Below, one piece after another: positions 54,375-64,000 of a DNA stretch of 64,000 bases. Where the stretch lies: assembly GCA_963812605.1 (NCBI GenBank), contig CAWEWF010000014.1:1-64000 (forward strand), read 5' to 3'. Numbering within the stretch: position 1 is the first letter of the stretch; every line of letters starts with the position of its first letter. A program made the translations under genes and the position numbers. The notes below the pieces were generated by a model. That model worked only from the letters and a program-made list of their open reading frames with translations. It ran no database searches and was not told the origin of the DNA. This stretch comes from an uncultured Verrucomicrobiae bacterium (GTDB lineage: Bacteria; Verrucomicrobiota; Verrucomicrobiia; Palsa-1439).

Positions 54375-55860
54375 TCACTGAACCTCCTGTATTGATTCGT
54401 CTTTGGCGGTCGCGGCGGCTTCTGGCAGCGGCGCAATCTCCACGACTCGCCACTCCGCCCAATCCAGCGGGTCCACGTCCAGATAATAGGTATGAACGCA
54501 GGTGAGCACGCGCTGGGGATCGCCCAGCACTTTCAGCGGGATGCGCAGGGTCAATTCCTGTCCCCGACGATGGATTTGCACGGCGTTTTTCGGCAATCGG
54601 CGCGTCTGATCCACGACTTCATGCCACAGCTCCCCGACGTTAATCCGCAGTTTCGGCATCTGCTCAAAGGGCTGACCGGCACGATAGCCGAAGGCAAAAA
54701 TCGAAGCCGATACGCCGCCGAACAAGTGCTTTGACAGGCGCACGGTCACCACCAGTTTGTCATCCTCCAGCCGGGTCGACATCTTTTCGATACCGACGAA
54801 ATTCGTCCGTTCCTCGTCATTCAACTGTTCCTTGAGCAGTGGAAAGCGTTGTCGGCGACCCGCCAGAAACTGGTTGTTCGTTTGAACGGCGGACGCAGTA
54901 ACGGGTGGGAAATCGCCAAACAACTCATTGGCCCGGACAAATGAGTTCAGGTAGGTCCGGCTATACTCCAGTTGACTGCGATGCGCTTGCAATGCTGATT
55001 TCTTAACCTGAACCTGTTGTGGAGACAATGGCACAATGCTCCAATCGACAATGTCGGCCAGCCGCGATGGAGGCTGGATGGGGCTGGGCAATCTGCAAGC
55101 CTTCCGGCACCGGCCAGTGGGCGAAGTGGACGAGGTACGGATAAACTTCCGGGCACATTTCGCTTTCGAGGTCCCACAGCGCCACGCGGGTGAAGAGATA
55201 CAATGCCTGGTGATCGACGTTGTGGTCCGATGGATGGGAAACGAACACTTTGGTCGGCTTGAACTCGCGCAGGTTCGTCTCGATGTCATGGAGGATGTCC
55301 TCACCCTTGTAAGGCGCGCCGGGCCGAAACGCGTTGGCATAGGGGACTTTCGTGACCCGGGTCAACATGCTCTCGAGTGGTGGCTGGTTGGCCCAGTGCC
55401 GGTACCAGATGGTCAGCGTGCCGAAATCCGGATAGCCCAGAAACGCGAGTTGATCCGGCTCAACCCCGAGGACTTTGGCAGCGGCGACGCCCTCATCGTG
55501 TCGCACCTCACCCATTTCCCGAACGGATCCGGGCATTAACACGAATCGCCTGCGATACATCATGAACGACCATTCGTTGTTGTCGCCATAGGTGAGCCAG
55601 ACAATCCGCACCGGCAGTTTCATGGCGACCGCTTCCTGAATGACGCCGGCGCAACCAAGAGTCTCGTCATCGGGGTGCGGCGCGAACACGAGGATCCGAT
55701 CATCTTGACCAAGGGTTGGCTTGATCGGCAGTGAGGCCTCGACCAGCGGCTGGTCGCGTGCCATCGCGCAGGTGATACCCATCCCGCAGGAGAGGGCAAG
55801 GAGAAAGACTCGCCTTGCTGCGGACCGGAATTGCCGCCAGCGATGAGTCAGATGAGTCAA
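54375..55860 (-). CDS. Exported PIG-L-family deacetylase (frameshift ~55085)
   Basis: FAPHPDDETLG, LTYGD, RHDE, LGYPD, DHNVDH, K..AL..H.SQ in the second piece; start uncertain. Confidence 0.8.
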
Positions 55861-56078
55861 TTGATTGTTAGCCTTCAGCGCCACTTCGAGAATCAGTCCC
55901 CAAATCGAATCGGAGGTTACGTTGTCGCCCCGATTTTGTCCATCCTGACGAAAGGAGGCGAAGCCGGAGCGGAGACAGGAATGGAGTTCACTGAGCCGCA
56001 AGTCATTAGGTGGTCGCTGACGGCATAGGGAATGCTTTCTTTAGGTGCGTACGAGCAGCGAAAAGGAGGCCGAAAACA

Positions 56079-56891
56079 GTGTACTTGCAGTACTACAACC
56101 TGCGGGAAGCGCCGTTCAATATCACGCCGGACCCGCGTTTTCTTTTTTACAGCGCGAAGCATCAGGAGGCGTTCAATCATCTCCTGTTTGGCGTTCGCGA
56201 ACGGAAAGGCTTTATCGAGCTTACCGGCGAAGTCGGCGCGGGCAAGACGACGATTTGCCGCAAGTTGCTTGAAGAACTTGGCCCGACTTACAAAACGGCG
56301 CTCATCCTCAACCCGTGCCTGAGCAGCCACCAGCTCATCAAGACCATCGCCATGGAGTTCGGCCTCAAGGCCCGGGGAATCGATCGCGTGGCCTATCTGC
56401 AAGCGATCAATGATTTCGTCCTCCAAGAGGTCAATCAAGGCCACGATGTGGTTCTCGTCATCGACGAAGCGCAGGATCTCAGCGATGAATTGCTCGAACA
56501 GGTGCGGCTGCTTTCCAATCTCGAAACGGATCGCCAAAAACTGATGCAGATCATCCTGATGGGGCAACCCGAACTCCGCGAGAAACTGCAACAGCCGAAG
56601 CTGCGGCAACTCCGCCAGCGTATCACCGTGCGCTATCACCTCCGACCGCTCGACGCGACCGAGACGGTCGCCTACATCAACCACCGCCTCACGCTCGCCG
56701 GCGCCAACGGCACGCCGCGTTTCGAGGAAGGCGCGGCCCGACTGGTCTTCAGATATTCCGAAGGCATTCCGCGTTTGATCAACGCTGTTTGTGACAAGAC
56801 TTTGCTGGCAGGATTCGTCATGCAGACCGGCTTGATGACGCGGAAACTGGTGGACCTGGCCATCGAAGAACTTCAAGGAGTGGCGGCGTGA
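56079..56891 (+). CDS. ExeA/GspA-like AAA ATPase
   Basis: PFNITPDPRF, TGEVGAGKTT, IDEAQ, LMGQPEL, LRQRI, GIPRLIN; RBS AAGGAGG before GTG 56079. Confidence 0.9.
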   Translation: MYLQYYNLREAPFNITPDPRFLFYSAKHQEAFNHLLFGVRERKGFIELTGEVGAGKTTICRKLLEELGPTYKTALILNPCLSSHQLIKTIAMEFGLKARGIDRVAYLQAINDFVLQEVNQGHDVVLVIDEAQDLSDELLEQVRLLSNLETDRQKLMQIILMGQPELREKLQQPKLRQLRQRITVRYHLRPLDATETVAYINHRLTLAGANGTPRFEEGAARLVFRYSEGIPRLINAVCDKTLLAGFVMQTGLMTRKLVDLAIEELQGVAA

Positions 56892-57549
56892 GCCTGATTA
56901 ACGAAGCCCTGAAACGAACTCGCGACGCTGCGGCCAATGGGGGCACTCCCCAGCGCGCTACGGCAAGCTATCGCGTCCAGAGCAAAGTCGAGTCGAGCGG
57001 CGCCAAGGGCAATTTCTTCGCCACAATCCTGATCGCCGGCGTGATTCTGGTCAGTGTCATTGTGCTCGGGTCGCGGATCGCCAAACGCGTTCAAAACGTG
57101 CAGGACGGTTTCGCTTCGAGTCCGGATGCTTCGGCGACAGATGCTCCCGTGGTGGAAACAAAGCCGTCCGGCCCGTGACCCAGACGGCGACGGAGCCAGC
57201 GCCCATGCCGGAAGTGTCACCCGGGGTTGAAACGCCCGCGCCGCCCGTGCCGGCGACAACCGTCGTGGCGCCGACCGCCGATGCAAAAACCACCGAGGAC
57301 CAAATCGTCAACAAACTCATGGAGCGGATCAAGGCCGAGCAGGGTGCCACGCCCAAGACGGCATCCGCGGACCTGCCGAAACTCGTTCTTCAGGGAATCA
57401 CCTACGCGAAGGATGGCAGCGACGCGATGATCAACAACCAGACGGTCCATGAAGGCGAGGAGATCGAAGGCGCTCGTGTCGTCACGATCGAGAGCCGCCG
57501 GGTAAAACTCGATTTCAACGGCCACGAGATTTCGCTGCGGTTGCCCTAA
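56888..57549 (+). CDS. ExeB/GspB-like protein (split at ~57175, probable frameshift)
   Basis: MSLINEALKR N-terminus, one TM, Pro-rich linker, C-terminal LVLQGI...AMINN...EGEEIEGARV. Confidence 0.72.
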
Positions 57550-57614
57550 CGCGCTTCGCGCCGGTGGGTTTCTCTGGCAAACCCCGCGCCGCCTCCCTAT
57601 ATTCCTCACCGGAG

Positions 57615-57815
57615 ATGAAAATTTTCCAATGGGGCTTACTGCTGCGTTACATGGTGTACGGCGTTCTGCCGCTCGTCATCAGCTTCATTTTCCTGGAACG
57701 CCGCGTCGGCGAAGGCGCGGCGGGATATTTCTTCGTGGTGCTGGCGCTGGTGCTGCCCTTTGTCGCCGTCGGCTGGCTCGGGTGGCAGCATTTCCGTCAT
57801 CGAAAGCAGAAGTAA
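57615..57815 (+). CDS. Small 2-TM membrane protein
   Basis: GGAG directly upstream of the ATG; two hydrophobic helices, basic tail. Confidence 0.5.
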   Translation: MKIFQWGLLLRYMVYGVLPLVISFIFLERRVGEGAAGYFFVVLALVLPFVAVGWLGWQHFRHRKQK

Positions 57816-57839
57816 GTTGCCGTGAAAGGACAAGGATCC

Positions 57840-59258
57840 ATGGCCCGAATCGCGACGAGTGTCAGTTACAGTTTCACGATGCGTCTGCGCGTTGTGAACA
57901 ATGTGGGGATGTTCGCGAAACTCTTGCACGTAATCGCGCGGCAACAGGGCGATCCCGGCGCGGTGGACGTGGTCCGCGCGGACCGCAAATTCAAGGTGCG
58001 CGATCTCACGGTCAATGCCCGCGACGATGAACACGCCCACGCCATCATCGAGGCGGTGAAACGCATTCCGGGCATCACGGTCATCAATGTTTCCGACCGC
58101 GTGTTCCTCATGCATCTTGGCGGCAAGATCCGCATCCAGAACAAAATCCCGCTGACCACGCGCGACGCGCTCTCAATGGCCTACACGCCCGGCGTCGCGC
58201 GTGTGTGCCTCGCCATTGCCGAGGACAAACGCAAGGCCAGCACGCTCACGATCAAACACAACGCCGTTGCCGTGGTCAGCGACGGGTCCGCCGTCCTCGG
58301 CTTGGGCAACATCGGCCCCGAAGCCGCCATGCCCGTCATGGAAGGCAAAGCGATGCTTTTCAAGGAATTCGGCGACATCGATGCCTACCCGATTTGCCTG
58401 CAGACGCAAGACACGGAGGAAATTATCAACGCCGTAAAGTGGATCTCCACCGGATTCGGCGGCATCAACCTCGAAGACATCAGCGCGCCGCGTTGTTTCG
58501 AGATCGAAGACCGGCTCAAGGAGGAACTCGACATTCCCGTGTTCCACGACGACCAGCACGGCACTGCCGTTGTCGTTCTCGCCGCCGCGTTGAACGCCTT
58601 GAAGTTGCTCAAGAAAAAGATGAGCGAGATCAAAATCCTCGTCGTCGGCGCTGGTGCCGCGGGTGTCGCCGTCACCAAAATGCTGCAGGCCGCCGGCGCG
58701 CGCCACATTATTTGTTGCGACCGCAAAGGCATCATCTGCCGCAAACGCCTCCCCGACCTTGATTTCAGCAAGACGTGGCTGGCCGAGCACACCAACGCGC
58801 GCAATGTCAGCGGCTCCCTCGAGGACGCAGCGCGCAGTGCGCACCTGTTTATTGGTGTCAGCGGTCCGGGCGTCTTCACGGTCAACGCGCTCAAGAAGAT
58901 GGCGAAAGACGCGATCGTGTTCGCGCTCGCCAACCCGACACCGGAAATCATGCCGGAAGACGCGGAGCCGTACGCGCGCATCATCGCCACGGGCCGCAGC
59001 GACTATCCGAACCAGATCAACAATGTCCTCGCGTTCCCCGGCATCTTCCGCGGCGCGCTCGACGCCCGCGCCACCGCCATCACCGAACCGATGAAACTCG
59101 CCGCCGCCAAGGCCATCGCCGGCTGCATCACCCCCGACGAACTCAGCGAGGAATACATCATCCCCAGCGTCTTCAACAAACAGGTTTCCCGCCGCGTCGC
59201 CCGCGCCGTCGAACAGGCCGCCTACGCCGGCAATGTGGGGAAAAGGCCGAGGGGTTAG
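57840..59258 (+). CDS. NAD(P)-dependent malic enzyme with N-terminal ACT domain
   Basis: AYTPGVA, DGSAVLGLG, PVMEGKA, NLEDI, HDDQHGT, GAGAAG, ANPTPEI, NQINNVLAFPG. Confidence 0.93.
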   Translation: MARIATSVSYSFTMRLRVVNNVGMFAKLLHVIARQQGDPGAVDVVRADRKFKVRDLTVNARDDEHAHAIIEAVKRIPGITVINVSDRVFLMHLGGKIRIQNKIPLTTRDALSMAYTPGVARVCLAIAEDKRKASTLTIKHNAVAVVSDGSAVLGLGNIGPEAAMPVMEGKAMLFKEFGDIDAYPICLQTQDTEEIINAVKWISTGFGGINLEDISAPRCFEIEDRLKEELDIPVFHDDQHGTAVVVLAAALNALKLLKKKMSEIKILVVGAGAAGVAVTKMLQAAGARHIICCDRKGIICRKRLPDLDFSKTWLAEHTNARNVSGSLEDAARSAHLFIGVSGPGVFTVNALKKMAKDAIVFALANPTPEIMPEDAEPYARIIATGRSDYPNQINNVLAFPGIFRGALDARATAITEPMKLAAAKAIAGCITPDELSEEYIIPSVFNKQVSRRVARAVEQAAYAGNVGKRPRG

Positions 59259-59302
59259 TAGCTCCAACAACCAAAAGACAGGCTCGCCATCACTGGTATT
59301 GA

Positions 59303-60874
59303 TTATTGTAACTTCGCCAGGTGACGCGCTTGTCTCGGCGGTGAACCGGGTATTGCGACAGCGCGCCTGCGGTTGGCGTCTTGCTGAAGCGCGCGATGAA
59401 CCTCCTCTTGCGGAAGGTTGATTTCTACCGTGAGATACCGCGCCGCCAGGTCCCGCAGTCGCTGCAGGGCGATGCTGTGCGTTTGCCTGGTCTGCGCGTA
59501 CAGCCAATCCGAGAAATGGAGAAATGACCAGAACGGCGAACCCCTCACCTTGATCCTCTCCCCCAAGGGGAGAGGGGACTCTGGAAACGCTGAACCGTCG
59601 CGCCAGAGGAGAGGCGTCGTCTCCACGAAATTGCCGCTGTTGCCAACGAGATCCCAGTAGCGGGCGAAGCGGCGCAGGCGCTGCATCGTGAAAAAATCGA
59701 TCAGCTTCGTCTGTAGGATTTCGTAGGGCGGTTCGGGACTGTAGACCATGCCCCATTCGCGGTCGTGACGCACAATCGGTGTCCCGCGCAGCCGTTTTAG
59801 CAGCCCGACCTGGATCTCCTGCGGTGCGAGCGCAACCAGCCGGTCAAACCCCGCCGCAAAACTTTCCAGATTTTCCCCCGGCAAGCCGACAATCAGGTCG
59901 GCATGGACGTGCACGCCTGTCTCCTTGCGGAGCCAGCGCAGATTTTCCTCGACCTTCGCGTTGTCCTGGCGGCGACTGATGAGCTTGGCGACTTCCTCGT
60001 TGAAGGTCTGGACGCCGACCTCGAATTGCAGCGCTCCCGCCGGAAACTTTTTGATCGGTTCGCGCAACGCCTCCGGCAAACGGTCGGGAATCATCTCGAA
60101 GTGCACGAACAACCCCGGCCGATGGCGTTCGAGAAAGAAATCCAGGATGGCCGAACTGATCTTGAGGTTGAGATTGAAGGTGCGGTCGACGAACTTGAAC
60201 TGTCGCGCGCCGCGGTCGAGCAAGCGCTGCATCGCCGCCAAAAACCTGTCGAGCGTGGCGTTGCGCACCGGGATGTCGAGTGACGACAGGCAAAACTCAC
60301 ATTCAAACGGGCAGCCGCGCGATGCTTCTACATAGATGACGCGATGCGCAATATCGGCGTCCGTGTAGAGTTCATACGGTAATGCCAGATGGTAGAAATC
60401 GGGCAGGGGAGCGGGAATGATATGCGGTTGTAGTGGGGCGGGCGTCTCGCCCGCCAATGGTTGTTGATTCAGCGGGCGAGACGCCCGCCCCACTAATTCC
60501 CGGCACACCTCCGCAAACGCCAGATCGGCCTCACCCGTGATGACGTGATCGACGAGACGGACAATTTCCTGCCGGTCGCATTCATAGCTGACCTCCGGCC
60601 CGCCCAGGATGATGATTAGCTCCGGCCGCAGCCGTTTCAAATCCGCCACCACGTGCAGCGACTGGGTTGCGTTCCAGATGTAAACGCCAATGCCGACGAT
60701 CTTCGGCTCATGGCGGAGAATCACCTCGACGACGTCGATGGGCCGCTGATTGATGTCGAATTCGAGAATCCGCGCCCGGCCTTGCAACTCGCCCAGGTTC
60801 GCCATCAGGTATCGCAACCCAAACGCACAGTGCGCGTACTTCGCGTTCAGCGTGGTGAGAATGATGTCCGGCAT
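59303..60874 (-). CDS. B12-binding radical SAM protein (DUF4080-type C-terminus)
   Basis: [22 protein letters not shown] (CxxxCxxC), [23 protein letters not shown]. Confidence 0.9.
   Translation of the reverse strand: MPDIILTTLNAKYAHCAFGLRYLMANLGELQGRARILEFDINQRPIDVVEVILRHEPKIVGIGVYIWNATQSLHVVADLKRLRPELIIILGGPEVSYECDRQEIVRLVDHVITGEADLAFAEVCRELVGRASRPLNQQPLAGETPAPLQPHIIPAPLPDFYHLALPYELYTDADIAHRVIYVEASRGCPFECEFCLSSLDIPVRNATLDRFLAAMQRLLDRGARQFKFVDRTFNLNLKISSAILDFFLERHRPGLFVHFEMIPDRLPEALREPIKKFPAGALQFEVGVQTFNEEVAKLISRRQDNAKVEENLRWLRKETGVHVHADLIVGLPGENLESFAAGFDRLVALAPQEIQVGLLKRLRGTPIVRHDREWGMVYSPEPPYEILQTKLIDFFTMQRLRRFARYWDLVGNSGNFVETTPLLWRDGSAFPESPLPLGERIKVRGSPFWSFLHFSDWLYAQTRQTHSIALQRLRDLAARYLTVEINLPQEEVHRALQQDANRRRAVAIPGSPPRQARHLAKLQ
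59541..59578. repeat. CCCTCACC-type palindromic repeat in frame inside the radical SAM gene
   Basis: CCCCTCACCTTGATCCTCTCCCCCAAGGGGAGAGGGGA; encodes [13 protein letters not shown]. Confidence 0.7.
60431..60495. repeat. REP doublet in frame inside the radical SAM gene
   Basis: Perfect 24-bp inverted repeat TAGTGGGGCGGGCGTCTCGCCCGC / GCGGGCGAGACGCCCGCCCCACTA with a 17-bp spacer. Confidence 0.8.
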
Positions 60875-60958
60875 GCTGGCGGCAAATTATGTCATACCCA
60901 GCGTTCGGGGCAATGCCCGAATCATCCCCACCACGTGAAACCGGCGTGAGCCGCCGCG

Positions 60959-61507
60959 TTATTTCTTCTCGAGCGGCGTGAATCGGAATTTCTGCCCGCC
61001 CACGCTGGCCTCAAACATCAAGCCGCCCTTGGCAACCGTGAAGACCACCACGCCCTGCTTGTACTTCGCATCGGCGGACGCGCTCTCGGCGGCGGCCACC
61101 GCGCTGACCCCGGCGCTCATGGCCCATTCGCTGCCCTTGAAGTTGTCCAGCGAGGTCTTGTCTTCGAAGAAGATCACCTCGGCGAATTTCTGGCCGCCCA
61201 ATTGCGCGCCGATCGTGACTTGTGTCATCCGCGCAGTCCCGACCAATGTTCCCTTCTCGAAAACCTCGCCGTCGCCCGCCGCGCCGCCGATGCCGACCGC
61301 GGCTTTGCCGATGCCCGGAAATACCACGTACCCGTACGCCGTATCGAAAAGCTTCCCAATCGTCGAGTCGGTTTTCTTGAAAAGCTGGATGGCGTCCTTG
61401 ACTTGTTGATCCACCGTGGGTTGTGCTTGAGGTTCATCCGCCGACGCCGCGAAGGCGCCCGCAAGTACAGCAACTGCAAACAGACCGATCAATCGTAACT
61501 TTCTCAT
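60959..61507 (-). CDS. Secreted YSC84/SYLF lipid-binding domain protein
   Basis: Signal peptide; AYGYVVFP, GAQLGGQ, GGLMFEASVGGQKF. Confidence 0.85.
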   Translation of the reverse strand: MRKLRLIGLFAVAVLAGAFAASADEPQAQPTVDQQVKDAIQLFKKTDSTIGKLFDTAYGYVVFPGIGKAAVGIGGAAGDGEVFEKGTLVGTARMTQVTIGAQLGGQKFAEVIFFEDKTSLDNFKGSEWAMSAGVSAVAAAESASADAKYKQGVVVFTVAKGGLMFEASVGGQKFRFTPLEKK

Positions 61508-61660
61508 GGTTCCCCCTCCATTGTGATGGCCGCCGTTGATGACGACCGTCGGGAGTGTAGCATAATGGGAAACCAAAAATCAAAGATTACAGATTCCGGG
61601 TAGTGTCCTGATTTGAGTCTCGCTATTTCATAAGGGCTATTAATAATGTTCGACAGCTAG

Positions 61661-62068
61661 ATGAACATTCGCAGAATGGCACTCGTGTTGAGCGGGACAT
61701 TATACGGCATCTCGCTTTTTTGTCCGGTCTTCGCGTTTCAAGAAGGAGACTCAGGATTTCTTCCAGGTTTTGTCTGTCTCGCGTTTGGTGCTTTCGCCGG
61801 GCAATTTGCTTGGTACGCCAACCCGTTTTATTTTGCCGCACTTATCGCATTGGGGATGAAGAAGCGCGATTTCGCTGCCCTCTTTTCATGTTCTGCGCTG
61901 GCAATAGCTTTGGCGACCTTATTGATCAAGGGAATTGAGAGAGATGAGGCTGGAAACATGACAGCCGTTGTGGGGTATCGACCGGGTTTTTATTTGTGGT
62001 TATCCAGCATGTTTGTTGTATTAGTGGCTGCCGTCATCGGTATCGTGAAGCCAGAATCATCGAACTAA
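61661..62068 (+). CDS. Hypothetical membrane protein, cassette-like
   Basis: Hydrophobic, WYANP and GFYLWLSS motifs; low GC; flanked by GTTCGAC and ATCGAAC. Confidence 0.65.
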   Translation: MNIRRMALVLSGTLYGISLFCPVFAFQEGDSGFLPGFVCLAFGAFAGQFAWYANPFYFAALIALGMKKRDFAALFSCSALAIALATLLIKGIERDEAGNMTAVVGYRPGFYLWLSSMFVVLVAAVIGIVKPESSN

Positions 62069-62124
62069 ACGCTTCAGCCAAACGCAAAGCGAGTATGTGG
62101 ATTGGGTAATTGACTGCGGGAAAT

Positions 62125-63136
62125 GTGGTCGAGGCTTGACACTTGACATTTTACGTCTGGCGGGTCAACGTGCTAAACATGGCGCGACCGATTCGGGTGG
62201 AATTTCCGGGGGCTGTCTATCACGTGATGGCGCGCGGCAATGAGCGGCGCGACATCTTCCGCGATGATCGGGACCGAGAGCGGTTCCTCGACACCCTGGC
62301 CGGGGCGGTCGAGCGATACGGCTGGCGACTGCATGGCTACTGTCTCATGGGCAATCACTACCACGCGCTGGTGGGGACGCCGCGCGGAAACCTCAGCCAC
62401 GGGATGGGCTGGTTGCAGGCCACCTACACCGCGCGATTCAATGCGCGGCATCGCCGACGGGGCCACCTGTTTGCCGGTCGCTACAAGGCCCAGATCATTG
62501 AAGCCGATGAATATGCGCGCTGGCTGGTAGAATACTTGCATCTCAATCCAGTGCGTCCCACCAACAAACGTCAACGCCTGGATCCCACGCGTCAGGAGGA
62601 ATTGCAGCGCTACCGCTGGAGTAGCCACGGCGACTATGCCGGCTTGCGTCGCCAACCGCCCCCTTGGCTCTGCCTCGAATGGCAACGCTATTGGGGCCGG
62701 AACAAACGGGAAGCGGTCGCGGAATATCGAAAAGCCATGCGGCAGGCGTTTGGGTGTGTCGTCAGCAGCCCTTGGGAGCAAGTACGACGGGGATTGATCC
62801 TCGGGAGCGACGCGCTGTATGATCAGGTCCGACAACAGATCGAACAGCAGGACGGTTTGCAAGAAGCGCGCTGGACAGTTGCCGAAAATCAGCAGCGCGT
62901 GACCCAACGGATCAAGGAACTCGTAGCGCATGAACCGGACCGACGAATCCAACTCTGGGCGCGGGTGTGCTTGGGAGCTGAACGCAGCATCGAGGTGGCA
63001 CGGGAACGCGGGTATCGAGACGGAAGCGCCGTGCGCCAGGTCATCAAGCGCCTCGAAGTCACCGCCCAAACCGACCGCCAACTGCGAAACCAACTGGATC
63101 GTCTCCGCAAAATGTCAAGAGTCAAGCCTTGACCCC
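62125..63136. mobile_element. Y1-transposase element bounded by 28-bp terminal inverted repeats
   Basis: 62125-62152 and 63109-63136 match 25/28 as inverted repeats. Confidence 0.7.
62179..63132 (+). CDS. Y1 (HUH) transposase, IS200/RAYT superfamily, with C-terminal HTH
   Basis: MARPIR..FPGAVYHVMARGN, CLMGNHYH (HUH), GHLFAGRY, YLHLNPV (catalytic Tyr), YRWSS. Confidence 0.9.
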   Translation: MARPIRVEFPGAVYHVMARGNERRDIFRDDRDRERFLDTLAGAVERYGWRLHGYCLMGNHYHALVGTPRGNLSHGMGWLQATYTARFNARHRRRGHLFAGRYKAQIIEADEYARWLVEYLHLNPVRPTNKRQRLDPTRQEELQRYRWSSHGDYAGLRRQPPPWLCLEWQRYWGRNKREAVAEYRKAMRQAFGCVVSSPWEQVRRGLILGSDALYDQVRQQIEQQDGLQEARWTVAENQQRVTQRIKELVAHEPDRRIQLWARVCLGAERSIEVARERGYRDGSAVRQVIKRLEVTAQTDRQLRNQLDRLRKMSRVKP

Positions 63137-63173
63137 TTTATCTTTATTTTATTTACCAGAAGTCTTCCCTGCG

Positions 63174-63647
63174 CTAATCTGGCGCAGACTCCGAGGCTTG
63201 CCACGATACGACCCGCCATTTTCCCTGGCGGCGCACATACACCTTCGTGAAGCGCCAATCCTCATGGATATTCTTGTCCCCAAAGGTTCGTTCGCGCACC
63301 AAACGGCCCGTCACGACTGCGGCTTCGCCATAGATGCGGAAAGCGGTGTCGGATGTTTCATAGCGTTGGAACTTCATGCGTCCGGTCCGCCAGATCGCCA
63401 ACGATTGCGTCTTGTTCATCACCTGCATTCTGGGGACCGTAACGACTAATTCGTCCGCCCAGAGGTCGTCGAGGGCGGCGGTATCTCCGCGCAGGTGGGC
63501 GTCGTTCCACACTTTTTCGAGGCGTTGAAGTTCGACTTGGTCCGCGGCGTTGATTGAAGTGTCCTTGCGTTCCTGGGCGACCGCAGGCACGAGTGAAAAC
63601 GCTAGGAACAGGAGGCTTGCTGCCTTCGTCAGATCAACGAGTCGCAT
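63174..63647 (-). CDS. Secreted NTF2-like (DUF4440) protein
   Basis: Signal peptide; LEKVWNDA..RGD.AALD, YGEAAVVTG, RFTKVYVRRQGKWRVV. Confidence 0.82.
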   Translation of the reverse strand: MRLVDLTKAASLLFLAFSLVPAVAQERKDTSINAADQVELQRLEKVWNDAHLRGDTAALDDLWADELVVTVPRMQVMNKTQSLAIWRTGRMKFQRYETSDTAFRIYGEAAVVTGRLVRERTFGDKNIHEDWRFTKVYVRRQGKWRVVSWQASESAPD

Positions 63648-63940
63648 GGATTCATTTAAGGGGCCGGATGAATTTCTGTCAAGGCCAGAGGGAAGGGGTC
63701 AGACCCGCGTAATCGCATATTTATCAGCCGACTTGGCAAGTATAGGATCAGACTGCGCGAAGGCTCGCCGAATCCGGACACCAGATTCTGCGTGAGACGA
63801 ATGGACGCGGAGTACTATCAGCAGTGCCGTGCAAGGTCTCACCGATATGAGCTTGCGCATTTCGCGGCTTGCGCCTAATACTGTGTTCACACGTTGGTTA
63901 CGGCTACTGGTCCGGAATCTGCGAAACGGAGGATAGGCCC

Positions 63941-64000
63941 ATGAAAGTCAAGAATTTGAAATATACCTTGGTTGCTTCGCTGATGGCGATTACGGCCGCG
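63941..64000 (+). CDS. Start of a secreted protein (3'-truncated by window)
   Basis: GGAGG RBS, then MKVKNLKYTLVASLMAITAA. Confidence 0.5.
   Translation, partial: MKVKNLKYTLVASLMAITAA

Noticed and set aside
62179-63132. This Y1 transposase as the mobiliser of the GTAG REPs in the window
   Set aside because: It is not flanked by GTAG/GTGG REPs and its ends are unrelated in sequence; the link is unsupported.
63840-63900. Possible second attC before the last ORF
   Set aside because: Could not pair convincing R and L boxes by eye.

Overview
GC-rich bacterial chromosome segment, probably Verrucomicrobiota (inferred from the Gloeo/Verruco-type repeat protein and the C-terminal domain style). Left end (1-6560): tail of an integrative element with a DarB-like methyltransferase-helicase, an XRE regulator hit by a 98-bp MITE, and a tyrosine integrase abutting the 5' side of tRNA-Lys(UUU). 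7.2-25 kb: housekeeping genes (recQ, two rhomboids, glnE, ssnA-like, aldo/keto reductase, system II cytochrome c biogenesis, cstA, plsC-like). 25-51 kb: a LacI-associated alpha-glucan (starch/glycogen) degradation locus with a non-catalytic 4xCBM48-like protein, two GH13 enzymes, a GH15, a GH119/GH57-like enzyme and a reconstructed ~2950-aa GH13+GH57 protein. No sugar transporter is visible. Four secreted proteins and one remnant share a ~70-aa C-terminal domain ending [FY]Y[RK]x...P that looks like a sorting signal. Right end: GT4, macro domain, M29 peptidase, PIG-L, ExeA/ExeB-like, malic enzyme, radical SAM, an integron-cassette-like gene and a Y1 (HUH) transposase bounded by 28-bp terminal inverted repeats. 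REP-like palindromes are frequent, and four sit in frame inside protein genes. About a dozen apparent single-base frameshifts suggest long-read indel errors, so split ORFs were rejoined by eye. All family calls come from motif recognition, not database searches.
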